A DNA stretch of 63,661 nt, the filler included, from Octopus bimaculoides (Eukaryota), in assembly GCF_001194135.2 (NCBI RefSeq). It is 9 parts of 8 records of this genome, joined end to end, with 100 filler letters (N's around TTAATTAATTAA, not from the genome) between each part and the next. Parts side by side here need not be neighbours in the genome. Positions count along the whole stretch, not along the records: positions 26,333 to 34,500 come from NC_068987.1; positions 34,601 to 44,735 come from NC_069005.1; 7 more parts are not named here. One strand, 5' to 3'. Under the pieces are notes generated by a model, which was not told the origin of the DNA, did not search any database, and saw nothing but the letters and a program-made list of their open reading frames with translations. A program made the translations under genes and the position numbers. Of this stretch, positions 26,364 through 39,460 are shown piece after piece; positions within the stretch are counted from its first letter, which is position 1, and each line of letters starts with the position of its first letter.

Positions 26364-26649
26364 GAGATTTGTTGAGTAAAGCTAGAACAATATTAAAAGG
26401 TTCAAAGTAAACTACAAAAGGAAAACAAAACAAAGTTGCAGCTATACTTTGTATTTTGAGGCTATAACCACTTCTTCAGGACATTTGGAAACGCAAGGGA
26501 AGGAAAAGTTTTTTCATCACTTGCTTTTCCAAATGTCCTGAAGAAGGGGAGCCCCAAAATACAAGGTATAACTGCAACGTTGTTTTGCTTTCCTTTTGCA
26601 GTTTACTTTGAACCTCCTCACATTGTTCCAGCCTTACACAACAAATCTC
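26364..26649. repeat. Foldback inverted repeat, about 130-bp arms, 22-nt spacer
   Basis: Left arm gagatttgttg..cttcttcaggacatttggaaacgcaag (26364-26497) is the reverse complement, with substitutions, of 26520-26649. Confidence 0.9.
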
Positions 26650-27171
26650 TTTAACATAAATTAGTGTTTAGAATGTAAGTGTTTACACTAACTGCTCATT
26701 TACACATATAACAGAAGCAAAATATTTGTAAGATAAATATGCTAACACACATTTGATAAAGTAGAAATTAACTAACAATACTTGCATCTAAGTTAACAGA
26801 ACATATTGGGCTTAATTAAAGAGGAATTGAATTTGTGATTTTTGTGATTCAAGCCAGTAATCTGCAATTTCTCAAAATAATACGGAGACAGGCATAGATT
26901 AAAAGTGACGTTCTGGAATCCTGTTCACATTTTCATTAGTAGAAACGATGAAATATTAAGAGTATTCTAAAGTAAAAACATTAAAAAATAATAATAACAA
27001 AAAAAAAAACAACAGAAGTACATCTAGTAAGTTGACCCTGGTAGGAAATAACTTTTTCAGACAAGAAAAAAAAAAATGTTAAAAGGAAAAAAACAAAAAC
27101 AAAGAAATAACAGAAAGTAACGTACTTACATGTTTCATTTTGAAACTTATTTATTTTTCAAATGTAATAAT

Positions 27172-27405
27172 AATAATGGTTTCAGATTTTGGCACAAGGC
27201 CAGTAATTTTGGTGGAGGCGGGTAGGTCAAATTATATCAACCCCAGTGCTTAACTGGTACTTATTTTATCGACCCCCAAAAGGATGAAAGGCAAAGTCAA
27301 CCTCGGAGGAAATTGAACTCAGAATGTATTGATGGGCAAAATGCCAGTAAGCATTTTGTCCGGCATGCTAACAATTCTGCCAGCTCGCCACCTTAATGAT
27401 AATAA
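27172..27405 (-). mobile_element. tRNA-derived SINE, family B, (TTA)n tail
   Basis: Same sequence family as the 32975-34500 array. Confidence 0.8.
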
Positions 27406-30400
27406 TGTAAGAACAAGTTGTAACTAGGGGAATAGAGTTACTTAGATAGTAAGAGACAGTCATCTACTTCTTGGTCAACTAATATCTCCTGTACTCTTCT
27501 GCCTTTATATTCAGTTTAAAGCTGGAAATCAGAAAGTGAAGTAAGAACCAAGAACATTGTGGGTATATGTATACACATGCACATCAAGCATGTGTGTAGG
27601 CGTCTATGCTTTTATATATATATATATATATATAGTGTACCTCATGTGTACAGTTAGCTGTACAACTGCTACTGTTGAATTTAGATCTCTACATAGATTA
27701 TCATTATCCAGTCTGCTTTCAGTATAGTGGCTTGATCACCACTATACCTACATGTATAACTGGTTATGACATACAGAGTAAATGGAGGAGAAATTATGAT
27801 AAATACAAGCTATATCATTTGTTCCCTGCGTTTCGCTATTGTAGTTGCCAGGAACCACTGCATTGGCTTGTTGTGGTTAAGCATCCAATACGGAAGTTCC
27901 AAACAACCTCAATGGTGAAACATATGTAGGGAACAAATAATACAAACTTGTGTTTATTACAATTCATCCTATACACACACACATGTATTTCATGTGTATA
28001 TGCATGCCTGGGTTTTTTGTTTTTTACACACAATGATTTTTGTTGTTGTTTTTACATATGCATGACACCTCAGATTTACAGGCAAGATAAAATGCCATGT
28101 AGCGGCATTCATTTTAACCACCTCCACATGGCAGTACTGATGCAAGCCATAGCATTGCAACTGAAGATTGAAATCCCCAAGTACCAAGAGGCTTCAGCTG
28201 ATTGAGAACTTGCTGCTTGCATCAGTGCTTGTCACTTATATACACACACACATAGCGACAGCTAGTTGGAGTTTCATAGGTGTACATGCAAGTGTTTTCA
28301 GATAAATGAAAAGGAATTTATCTACAGAGCTTAAAAAAAAAAAAAAAAGGTTCTTCAAATTCAAAAACGTACAACATATGACCAATGGTCAGCCACAGTT
28401 GAAACTGGTTACCAATGACATAGATCTTGCTTTGTCTTATTAAACAAACAACCTTTCACCCTTGGAGCCACAAGATTTTAGTAAGATCTTTCCTTCCTGT
28501 TTGATTCTGCAAGGGAACTGGGTGGGCTGGGACCACAAGCAAACAAATAAATAGAGTAAATAAATAAGATCTCTGCTGAACTTGGCTGCTGCCCTTCCAT
28601 TCGTAGGAATACATGGCTTTCATTCCTCTTCTTAAGGAAAGGGATGGTAGGAAGGGAGGGGCTCTAGGATATACCTTTCTAACAAACAACTTGCTACATA
28701 TTTACAAATATCTGTATGAACAAAGGGCATGTATGTATATATGAATGTATATAGCTGAGCTGTGGCAGTGAGCTATGGAATAATCAAAGTTTTAAAAAAA
28801 AATGTAGATTTAAGAAGAAGAAAGGAGATAGTTTAGAAAGAGAATCAAGAAAAAGAAAAATGATGGAGAGAGACAGAGAGAAAATAGTAAATAAGGTTAA
28901 GAAATGAAGACCAAATGTGATTTGATTAAAGCAAAGGTAACAATAGATAGCAGCAAAATTAGATGGATTTAAAATGACTAAATAAAATAAATTATTAGAT
29001 CTCTTTTATATACATGTTGATACTATCAATGTCAACCTTTACTAGATGTCTTACTGGTGAATCTGTAGCAGTTTTGGAGACTTTATTTTTGATGATTGTA
29101 CCAAATTTTCCTAAATGAAGTTTAAAGGATTTAAGCTTTGTTTGCTTTGTTGGAAAGAAATAAAAGACAGTGATTTTTTTTTTTTTTTGTACCTTCGCTC
29201 TCACTGAATGGGAAATCTCTCAAACTTGTTATAAATAATAATGATGATGATGATGATGATGATATGATAAGCAAACAATGTTACTTAAAATTATGTAAAA
29301 AAAAACAAAAAAAAAACAACAACCCAAAAACCCAGATATATCAAAAGATAACTGGAAAACTAGGTTTGTGTTAATGATGAAAGATTTTCATGATTGATGA
29401 ATTATTGTGAGTAACAAACTTTAATAATGGAGCAGAAGTCCAACAGAATAATTAATGACCCAAAAACTGGACACATTGAGTGACGACTAGGTTTAAAGGA
29501 ATCTTAATATTCAGTTAGCTTTCTGGCAATGACTAGCCGGACAATGTAGGACTGGTTGTCTTAGGATTTAGGACTGATAGGCCTGTAATCTAAGTAGCCA
29601 AGACAATAATGATGAACACATATTAAATTAACTGCTAATTGATTAATTAATTATAAACACTCCTGAGAGTAAATATTGCTTGGAACAGTGCAGTCAGATT
29701 TTTTTTTTTAATAAAAGCTCACTTCTGAATATGTAAAACTGATGATTTAAGAATGACATGGGAGGGGAAAGAAAAAAAGAAAAAAAGAGAGAAAGAGAGG
29801 GTAGTTTGTGTGAGCCCTCCAAGTGAAGAAGTATCTGAACTTAGAGTCTGTTTGAGCAATATTCAGTGATATGCAAAAGCAATTGGCAACAAATTTGAGT
29901 GTGACCAAACAAAGGAGCAGGTGAATGGTTTATAATAACTCAGGAAAACAAACTGTTAAGCCTTTCCCGAAAGAATACTCTGATTTTTTTCTAGAAACAA
30001 ATTGAGACAGAAGCCATGACACTTAAGTTTGTATGCTACCTGTAAATAGCTTCTCGAGATTTGTTTAGAAGGTAATATAAACAAAATTGAACTAAGAACA
30101 AATACATATATTTAATAAACCTGTCTCTCACTATACACGTATCTTTCATACAATACATCTACATTTATCTTAACACCACTATAACTACTTAATTAATTAA
30201 AATACTTAATTAATTAAAATACTTAAGCTACATAAGCAGGTTGTAAAACAGCAACAAATGCACATATCAGGTTACATTCTTAACACATCAATCTTTCAAA
30301 TTAGCTGAGACTCAAATATATTTTATAAGTAATTGAAGAAACACAAGAAGCAGCAGTAGCATACAGTAAAAGAGAGAATCTTGTCAAAACCAATTTTCAG

Positions 30401-32374
30401 GGAGTCCAAAGAATCTAAACAATAATGAATAAATTAACTGAATAAATTACAGCATAAATATTTTAAATGAAGAAAACATGGGATGGTGGTGGTGGTTGTT
30501 TAACCCCAGGTCAGTCCTGCACCACTTCAGCAGATCTATGATCAAGAGTATTCATGCCTTGACCATTCTGTCTGCTTTTTCTATGTGTAGGAAGGGAAAT
30601 CTGGGACCACATTGTGCAATGCGTCCTTTTTTTTTTAGATGGGGGTTTGGCTGCTATTTCTAACAGGTTAAAATGACCAAGGGATGTTCAAATGAGATAC
30701 ATGTTATATAAGAACACTGTGACCCTTCAAGTATTGGTGAATAACAGACTTTGACAAAGATTAGTTTACAACCATTTCAAGAGAGCATATCATCTTGGTG
30801 GTTACAAATATGTCAATAGGTCCTTGTCCCCCCCCCCAAAAAAGGGACACCAAAACTTTAGATGGATTCCAAAATGACAAGGTTTTGCATACATGTTGGT
30901 ATTGTGAATAACAATAATAATAATAATAATAATAATAAAAAGCAACCCCACCCCTAACAATGATAGTTTAAATTATGTGGGTTTTGTGTAGAATAGTGAT
31001 GCCAACCAGCCATGCTACAGATTATCACTGCCATTTTTCCAAGCACAAAAATGGTAGTAACATGGGATAGCATGTTGTTCCGAAAAGTCCATTATTAGAA
31101 AAGAGAATAAGTGCAACAGCCAGTTGGAAATTAACTGTTAAAGTATCTCTTTTCAAATTCTTGTAGGAAAGTTCATTGTTATATTTGGTGACCATGCAAT
31201 CAGTGATACTTGACAGAATGCTTAGATTTTGGGATGTTAGAATTTCTTCATTTCCATTTAAACAAACCTCATTTCCTATCCTGAAGTATCATACTGGCTT
31301 TGGTTTATTATTATTATTGAAATTACACAAAAGAGAGGAAAAATGAGAAACAAAAAATATCAGTAAAATATTTTGTGAAATAAAATAAAGTTTTGTATGG
31401 TACATTAACAGAGAAATTAAACAACTTGTCTCTTATTTACAAGTGAAAAGTAAATCATTCTTTTCCTATCCACACACACACACACAAAGACAGACATGAA
31501 ATACAGACCACAAGAAAGAGTTGTAATATCACCTGCAGGATTCAAGTGCTGCATTTGTTGTAAACTACATAGCTGTACTAACCACTACACCAAAGTGCCA
31601 AGACAACTTTTTACCATCTACATTAGTAGAGTTAAACAACTACGACATATTTTATATATATATATCTATACACACACACATAAAAACATACATATATTCA
31701 TTCCTCAGTTTTCCCATACTAATATGGTTTGGACAAGTATACTACTGAGGTATTATTTTAAATACACATATACAAAACAAATTTTCCTTTCTCTTATCCT
31801 TCTATCAGTCTTTCTTCATATTTTCAATTATTACTGAAAAACAGATATGCCTCACCACACTGAAGCTGTACACTGTGCTATAGATCAACAAAGATAAATG
31901 GGAAAGCATAATTTACTATATATATATATATATATATTACATACACACACATACAATACAGCTAAAAGAATATGCCAAAAGGCATGACATATTACCAAAG
32001 AGTATGGGCATAGCAGATCAATTCTACACTCAACTCCTATCTCCAATAGAATCAGACATTAGACAGTCTTCATAACTCCAGATAGGCTAGAATGCAGAGT
32101 CTGTGTGCTATATATAGAAAAGGAATACTGATAAAAAAAAACTGGTATTAATGACTTAATGTACACATGCATTGTGACATTGGTAGACATGAATTATGTG
32201 AGCATTAAATTCAGTTAAGAGAACAAATGCCACTGATATTACTGGTATTTTTTCCAAGTAATGCAAATGAATGCGATTGTCAGCATTTCTTGTAACTGGG
32301 CTTTATACTCATGTAACTGATGTCTGCCAATCTCACAAAATACATGTACATTATGGTGAGTCCACGAGGAGCAT

Positions 32375-32592
32375 AGAACCGTGTTCCTGGTTTCTCTGGC
32401 ATATATACTCCTCTCAAGGTGGGATGCCAGTCTGTTGCAGGTTTACTCATTTTTAGCAGCTGAGCAAACTGGAGCAACATGAAATAAAGTGTTTTGCTCA
32501 AGAGCACAGTGCATCACCTATTCCTGGAATCGAAACCACAATCTTACGATCACGAGTCGAACACCCTAACCACTAAGCTATGCGCCTCCACC
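32375..32592 (-). mobile_element. tRNA-derived SINE, family C
   Basis: Minus head ggaggcgcatagcttagtggttagggtgttcgactcgtgatcgtaagattgtggtttcgattcc with A and B boxes. Confidence 0.8.
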
Positions 32593-32974
32593 TACATTAT
32601 GCAAGGCATTAATACCAACTATGTTTTTCTGTTTCTTTTCTCTCTGTATATACAGGTACACACACACAAATGAAGTAACCAATTAAAAAAGAAAACAAAC
32701 AAACCAAAAGAAAAAGAAGAAAAAAATCCAACAAAATCAGATTAAAATTCATAGAAAAAATTTCCAACAAAATATAAAAAAAAGAAAATGGAAAAAGATG
32801 AATAAGCAAATGAAAGGATTACTAATAATGTCCTTTTAGATATGGAATAGTAAAATACACTGGATTTATAATGGAGATTGAATTAATTGAAAGATTAAGC
32901 AGCTGTAGTAATAAAAACAATTTTTAAAACTTCTCTAAGCATCAATGATTTAAAAGTTCCATGCTATTATTATT

Positions 32975-33208
32975 AATAATAATAATATTAATGATGATAA
33001 TGGTTTCAAATTTTGGCATAAGGCCAGTAATTTCAAGGGAGGGATAAGTCTATTACATCAACCCCAGTGCTCAACTGGTATTTATTGTATGGACCCTGTA
33101 AGAAGGTAGAGTCAACCTCTGTGGGATTTGAACTCAGAATGTAAAGACAGACAAAATACCATTAAGCATTTTGTCCAGTGTGCTAACAATTCTGCCAACT
33201 CATCACTC

Positions 33209-33249
<41 letters not shown>

Positions 33250-33966
33250 GTTTCAAATGTTGGTGCAAGGCTAGCAATTTTAAGGGGAGAGGGTTAGTTG
33301 ATGCCTCAACTCCAGTATGTGACACTTATTTTTATCGACCCCTGAAAGGATGAAAGGCAAAGTTGACCTGGGTGGCATTTGAAAGCAGGACATACAGAGG
33401 TGAATAAAATGCCACTAAGTATTTCACATCTGCACTAAAAATTCTGTTAGCTTGCCATCTTTTAATGATAATAATAACAATCCTTTCTACTGGAAGCACA
33501 AGGCCTCAAATTTGGGGGGGGGGAAGGGATTATAAGTCAATTACATCGACCCCCCCCCCCCCAGTACGTAACTGGTGCTAATTTTATCAACCCCGAAAGG
33601 ATGAAAGGCAAAGTTGACCTCGGTGGAATTTGAACTCAGAACATAACAACAGACAAAATACTGCTAAGCATTTTGCCCGGCGTCCTAACAATTCTGCCAG
33701 TTCGCCACCTTTTTGATAATAATAATAATAATAATAATAAATAATTATATAAATAACTTCTTACATAGGCACAGTGCCTCAAATTTGAGGAAGAGGAGGA
33801 GAGACTAGTGAACTATATATCAATTCCAGTATTTCACTGGTACCTTATTTTACTGACGTGACCCCCACCCCTGCCAAAAGGATGAAAGCCAAAGCTGATT
33901 TTGGTGCAATTTGAATTCAGAAGCATGAAAAATGCTGGAAGAAAATACCACAAGGCATTTCATCTG

Positions 33967-33997
<31 letters not shown>

Positions 33998-34450
33998 TTA
34001 GGCACAAGGCCAGCTATTCTGAAGGGAGGGAAGAGGGGTTTGGTCAATTGCATCGACCCCCAGTACCTGACTGGTATTTATTTTATTTCCCCGCCATTTG
34101 CAGAGGGAAGAAAAGTGAACCTGATCAAGGAAGGGTTTGAATGTAAAAGCCAGAAGATATACTGCAAGGCATTTTTGTCTGATGCTGCAACGATCCAGCC
34201 AGCTTGCTGCCTTAATAATAATAATAATAAATGGTTTAAAATTTTGGCACAAAGCCAGCAATTTTTGGGAGGTGGATAAGTTGATACACTAACCCCAGTG
34301 TTCAAACTGGTACTTATTTATCGACCCCCACCCCCAAAGGATGAAGGCAAAGTCAACCTCGGCAGCATTTGAACTCAAAATGTAAAGATAAATGAAATGC
34401 CACTAAGCATTTTATCTGGTGCATTAATGACTTTGCCAGCTCACTGCCTT

Positions 34451-34482
<32 letters not shown>

Positions 34483-34500
34483 AAGAGTCCTTTCTACTAC
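32975..34500 (-). mobile_element. Head-to-tail array of at least 6 family-B SINEs separated by (AAT)n
   Basis: Units start at about 32999, 33249, 33481, 33755, 33994 and 34231; a seventh starts at about 34484 and is cut by the gap. Shared core atcgaccccgaaaggatgaaaggcaaagt. Confidence 0.9.
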
Positions 34501-35024
34501 NNNNNNNNNNNNNNNNNNNNNNNNNNNNNNNNNNNNNNNNNNNNTTAATTAATTAANNNNNNNNNNNNNNNNNNNNNNNNNNNNNNNNNNNNNNNNNNNN
34601 AATAATAATAATAATAGTCAAGACGAAGAGCGCGATTCGATTGTATAGATATTTTATTTGAACAATATTTCAACAGTACGTCTGTCTTTGTCAAGTTCAA
34701 AATAAGAGGTGATTAAAAATTAAAAATTACAGAAATTTAAACGTCTCAATTTTTGATTCATATTTGAATGGTACGAAATCCATTGACCCAGGATTGGGTT
34801 CAACACTGGGGTCTAGCGAAACTAACAGGGCTGACAAGCCAACTGTGAGAAAGAATAAAACGCAAAAGCTGTAATTTACATTACGATTTTCCTTAGACAC
34901 CCGGCTGCTTTGGTGACTTCCAGAATTTCTATATGTTCCAATTCTTATTCTGTGTACCATAAAATCCAATCATCTCAATCTACTTGATTTTTATATTTTA
35001 AAAAGGATTGACGTAACACACACA

Positions 35025-35160
35025 AATGAAAGAAAAAAATAAAGAAAGAGTACTATAGACGAGTTAGATCAATACTAAAAACAGAGCTCAATGCTAAAAA
35101 CAAGCCGTCCCAGTTATAAGTTACCGCTACAATATCCTTAACTGGACACTAAACGAACAA
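35025..35160 (+). mobile_element. Short R4/Dong fragment homologous to 20950-21100
   Basis: Shared sequence aaagaaagagtactatagacgagttagatcaa..cttaactggacactaaa. Confidence 0.75.
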
Positions 35161-35689
35161 AGTAATGAAAGAAAAAAAATGTTTTGGAAAAAAGTCTCAA
35201 AGGGAGGAGGTGTTGTGGTGGACGCCCAGAGGTGAGGAGTGGGCTGGTCCACTACTAATAAATAGTGGACTGACAGAGTCAGTAATGTCAATTGGCGAGC
35301 TACACTTTTGAGATGCGGTTGGTTATTTATTGTTTGACGTCGTTTATTGCAGTTGTTCCCATTGGGACTACCTCATGTTTAAAAATTGTTAGTCTTTTGA
35401 CACATTGATTGCCTGAACAGGTTAAGTTTCCCTGCTGTTCCCCCATTAGGGGCGAATTGTTTCCATTTTGTATGGGAATTGAGTCTGCACAAAATGACTA
35501 GTGATTTATATGAAGTGTTGTAGCTCCTGGAGAGCGTCGACTAGGAGTATAAAAGTGACTCGGAAGGAAGTGTGGAAAATTATGCAGCAGTGGTCGGTAA
35601 GCAGCAAAGAAGATACAACATCAGGAGAGAGGTCGTGGAAAATTTAAACCAATTCTGCGAGGAGAGGGAGCAAACGTGATATTAACTCC

Positions 35690-36480
35690 CCCCCCTCCAA
35701 TGAAGCCACAGAAGAAACAAGAACAAGAACGATAATTTATAGAACACTATCTCTTACAACAAAGAAAATAGAGATAGCGTCTACCGAAGAAATTGAAAAG
35801 GTCCTAAAGCCTATTTTGTTCAAGGTGGCATTCATGAAAAGAGGAAAGAAATTCGGTACCGTTGAGGTACAATTCATGTCAGAATATGACACTAGGGATG
35901 ATTCTACGATCACCCTGCACATGAACGAGCTGTCTCTTTTACCATCATACTTTGGCAAAAAAAAACGACAAAAATCACAATAGAAGGTTACCCATCTGAA
36001 ATTATATCAGTGTGGCTTCTGGCAGCCATTTGCTCCAATATCAAGAAGGAGGTGACACTGCTGGAGTTCGAGGAGAAAAAAGTGCAGAACTGGTGTGGCA
36101 GGAGTCTTCGGGTGACTATTCAAGCCACAGCAGCGAAACTGGAGGAAATTCTAGAATTTATAATTTTGCTGAATGAGACAAAACCGAAATTCTCGGTCCA
36201 GGGCAGAATCCCAAGATGTTTCGAGTGCGGACTGAAGAGGTACATAAGGAAAATGTGCTGCCAGGCTCTTCAACCTGAAGCACAAGAAAGAAAAACCAGG
36301 AAGAACCAAAGGAACATCAAGTGAAACCTAACGAGGAAGCTCCAGGTGAGGATGGAGATGCAGAGAAGACAGTGGAGAAGGAGAATTGCATGCCTGAGGT
36401 AGCTGGACCATCCACATCTACTGAGGTAACTGAATTTTATCAGTGGCCAGCATATTAAAATACCTTTTAAGGTGTTTCTC
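35690..36480 (+). mobile_element. L1/Tx1-like ORF1 remnant, divergent from the 16.4-19.7 kb element
   Basis: PSYFGKK..TKITIEGYP, VQNWCG and GRIPRCFECGLKRYIRKMC (decayed zinc knuckle) align with motifs of the other ORF1. Confidence 0.65.
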
Positions 36481-36883
36481 GCTGACAAGGGAAGAATCCT
36501 TTTCGATTAATCCAGAATTTGGTCCGATTCGGGAATAATTTCTGTTAGCTTGTTTCTCTTGTTTCAACACACTGTATATTTAAAGTGAAAATTGTACATA
36601 TTTAGACGATCTAAAATCTATTTTTCAGCATATTGGCATAGAAATTTTTTTCCTTTGGCCCTTATTTATAGTTGATTTTATATGTGTGTGTGTGTGTGTG
36701 TTTTGTTAAGTTTCAGTGAAAGGACTGTGGCCATGCTGGGGCACCACCATTTACTTTGCTACACTTTCACTAAACCCCCTCTGATGTGTGACATTTGGTG
36801 GATGAGGGAGTTTGATGTTACTGCCCTTATCTGTGTTTCTTGCTTTGAGGTAGGTGCATCTGGAACTCTTGACAGAAGATCTA

Positions 36884-38146
36884 TCAGGTCATCCCTAAGT
36901 TCTGTTTGAATTTTGAATAATGAAAACAAGTGATCAAATGTTATATCTAATTGTACTTTCCTTGATTATCTAAGACTTCTTCCCATCTATTTACAAGCTT
37001 TCTAATCCCATCAATGTAAAACCCTTTTGGTTTCAAAGCAAAGAACTCTAAAATGTCAGTTTCGACCTCCTCTTGGCTTGCAAAAGTTATGTCCCCCACA
37101 TGATTCTGTAAACTACGAAACAAATGGTAGTCTGAATGAGCAAGGTCGGAAAAATAAGGTGGATGAGGAATTTTTTCCCAACCAAGCTCTTCGATCTTCT
37201 GTGATGTGATGTTTGCAGTGTGGGGTCGCGCACTGTCCTGATGAAACATCACTCATTTTCGATTCACTAAAGCGGGTCTTTTTTTCTTCAAAGCTTGGTT
37301 CAAACGCTCTAATTGCTGACAGTAGGCTTGAGCATTGATTGTTGCATTAAGTGGTGACAATTCAAAGTGAATTACTCCTTTGCAACCCCACCAGATAGAG
37401 AGAAGAACCTTTTTCCCCATGAAGTTCCCTTCTCGGTTGTGGTTGAGTTTTTTCCCTTTTACCAAGCCATTGTTTACGACATTTAACATTTTGATAGAAG
37501 ATCCATTTTTCGTCACCAGTCACAAGTCTATCCAAAAAGGGTGAAATGAGTTCGCGAGAACGGAGAGAAGAGCAAATGTCAACTCAGGATTTACGGTTGC
37601 TTTCGGACAATTCATGAGGCACCCATTTTCCAAGTTTAGGAACCTTTCCAAATTGTTGAAGATGACGCTGAACAGTTTGCACTAAGCTTTATTGTCAATT
37701 CTTCAACTGATAATGCAGAATTTTCTTCAAGTAATTCCTCAAGGAGCTTATCATTAAGCTCAATGGACGTCCTGTTCGATCTTCATCTTCAAGGCTGAAA
37801 TCTCCACTTCTGAATTTTGCAAACCATCTTCTGCAAGTTCTTTCATTCAAGCATTCTTTCTCATAAACTGAGTGTATGTTTCGAGTCGCTTCGGCTGCAG
37901 AGTTTCTTTTTTTTGTACTCATAAAGCATTATGTGCCTCAAATGCTCTTTGGATACTTCCATGTTAGAAAGGGTTTTAATCAAAGAAATTTTAATTCTAT
38001 TACTCCGTAAAATAATATTTAATTAGTTTAAATGTACACAAAATGCATAAAAATAATTTTAAACTCCATTAGACATTCTAAAATACTATCAAATTTCATT
38101 CAATTTTAAAAAAGGTAAAATCGGGCAGAACTTATGGGATGACCTC
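36884..38146 (-). mobile_element. Mariner transposon, near full length, decayed
   Basis: TIRs tcaggtcatccctaagttctg and cagaacttatgggatgacctc. Transposase pieces CRRWFAKFRSGDFSLEDEDRTGRP, FHQDSARPH and HPPYFSDLAHSDYHLF. Confidence 0.9.
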
Positions 38147-39460
38147 GAAGGTGGCCACATTGACCACCACTATCTGACTTCTGTCTTTTAGAAAGTCTTG
38201 TAGTCATTCTCCAAGTTTTCCAACTATGCTAAGATTTCGCAGCTTGGGACAAATCATATCACGATCGACTTTGTCAAAGGCTTTTGCAAAGTTGAGGTAT
38301 ATCACATCCACATTTGAGTTGTTGAGCGGCTGCTTTAGCACCCAGTTGTGATGCTGCAAGAGTTGTGTCAGGCAGCTTCTCTCTGGTCGTAAACAATGCT
38401 GGGTGTCAGTCATTCTCTTCAAGGAATGCAATTAATTTCCTTTGGATTATTTGTTCCATGACTGCTGTTGTGTGAGGTCAGAGAGATAAGTCTATAGTTT
38501 TTAGCATCTGCTCTGCTTCCTCCTTTATGGATAGGGCATATTATTCCCTTCTTTAGTTTGTCCAAGACCTTACTATTTCCGAGGAAGCTCTGAAAAAGTA
38601 GCTGCAATTGTTTTGCAAGGACTTATTTGCATAACTTGAGCAGGATTACTGGGAATCCATCAGGACCAGCAGGTGAGTTTGCATCTACATCATCTATTGC
38701 CAGCATTACATCCTTTTCTTCAATGTTGATGTATTCAATTGTTATTGCCTCCCGTTCAGCATTTGTAGCGGTAAAGAATTCTATAGGTTTGCTAACTTGC
38801 ATGTGCCATAGAAGTGTATTGAAGACACGTTTGAACTGTTCAGTTAGTGTTTCACTCATCCTCATTGGGTTTTCTGTAAGGGAGCCATCTTTTTGGAGGA
38901 GTGGCTCTACCCTGCAATGCACAGAGGCAGTCCCTTAGCAGACTTAAAGAAGGTTTTGGGGTCAGATTTAAGATTTTTTATGACCCAGGCTTCTCTGTTT
39001 GATCTTTCTTTCTCATGGGAGTGCTTCAGTTGTTTCTTAATTTCCAGCAGTGCTGTTTCCAGGTGGGGTTTCTCACTGCCACTGAGTTTTTTGTTGAGGC
39101 AGTTTACAGTCTTTGTACGTCATCTCATAAAAAATTTTCTCTCCTTGGGAACCTTGTTTTCATGTGCTATGGCTCTTCTCTCTGAGACAAAATTGTAGCA
39201 TATGGCTTGCATTACAGACATAAGTTTTCAGTTTCATGTCTATGTCAGTTGTAGAGATCTCTATCTCAATTGATTTCCATTCTGCTTTGTGGTAGTTCAG
39301 AGTGGATAGATTTTGGGTACTTCTCATAGGCTGCATGTCTGTGGGTTCCTTTGATCCATACATGGTTAGCTCTATTATGTTGTGATCTGAGGTTAGTGCC
39401 GGTGTCACTTTCACATTGTGTATGAGATCCACATAGTTTGTGAAGCAGAGACATCTTTAA
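38147..39460 (-). mobile_element. CR1/L2-like LINE fragment (linker and start of RT)
   Basis: PAGPDGFPVILLK, KGGSRADAKNYRLISLTSH, RSCLTQLL and DVIYLNFAKAFDKVD. Confidence 0.85.

Noticed and set aside
27675-27929. 84-aa plus-strand ORF as an exon
   Set aside because: No recognisable motif and no convincing donor; this length is expected by chance.
27479-29110. Phase-compatible chain of small minus-strand exons (29055-29110, 28460-28506, 27479-27521) giving GKFGTIIKNKVSKTATDSP-NQTGRKDLTKILWLQG-FKLNIKAEEYRRY*
   Set aside because: Picked after the fact from AT-rich DNA with many AG/GT pairs, with no recognisable domain. It would need junction reads to be credible.
30189-30226. TTAATTAATTAA twice with no Ns
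   Set aside because: It is part of a 17-bp AT-rich tandem duplication; I cannot separate a natural repeat from a gap-closing scar, and no function is implied.
32540-32592. tRNA genes suggested by A/B boxes here and at 43790, 59280 and 61540
   Set aside because: These are SINE heads: no acceptor stem closure, and they continue into repeat bodies with tails and TSDs.
34770-34830. 2A-like peptide LLVSLDPSVEPNPGS on the minus strand
   Set aside because: It lacks both the Asp of D(V/I)ExNPG and the final Pro, and no downstream APE/RT frame follows; likely chance or long dead.
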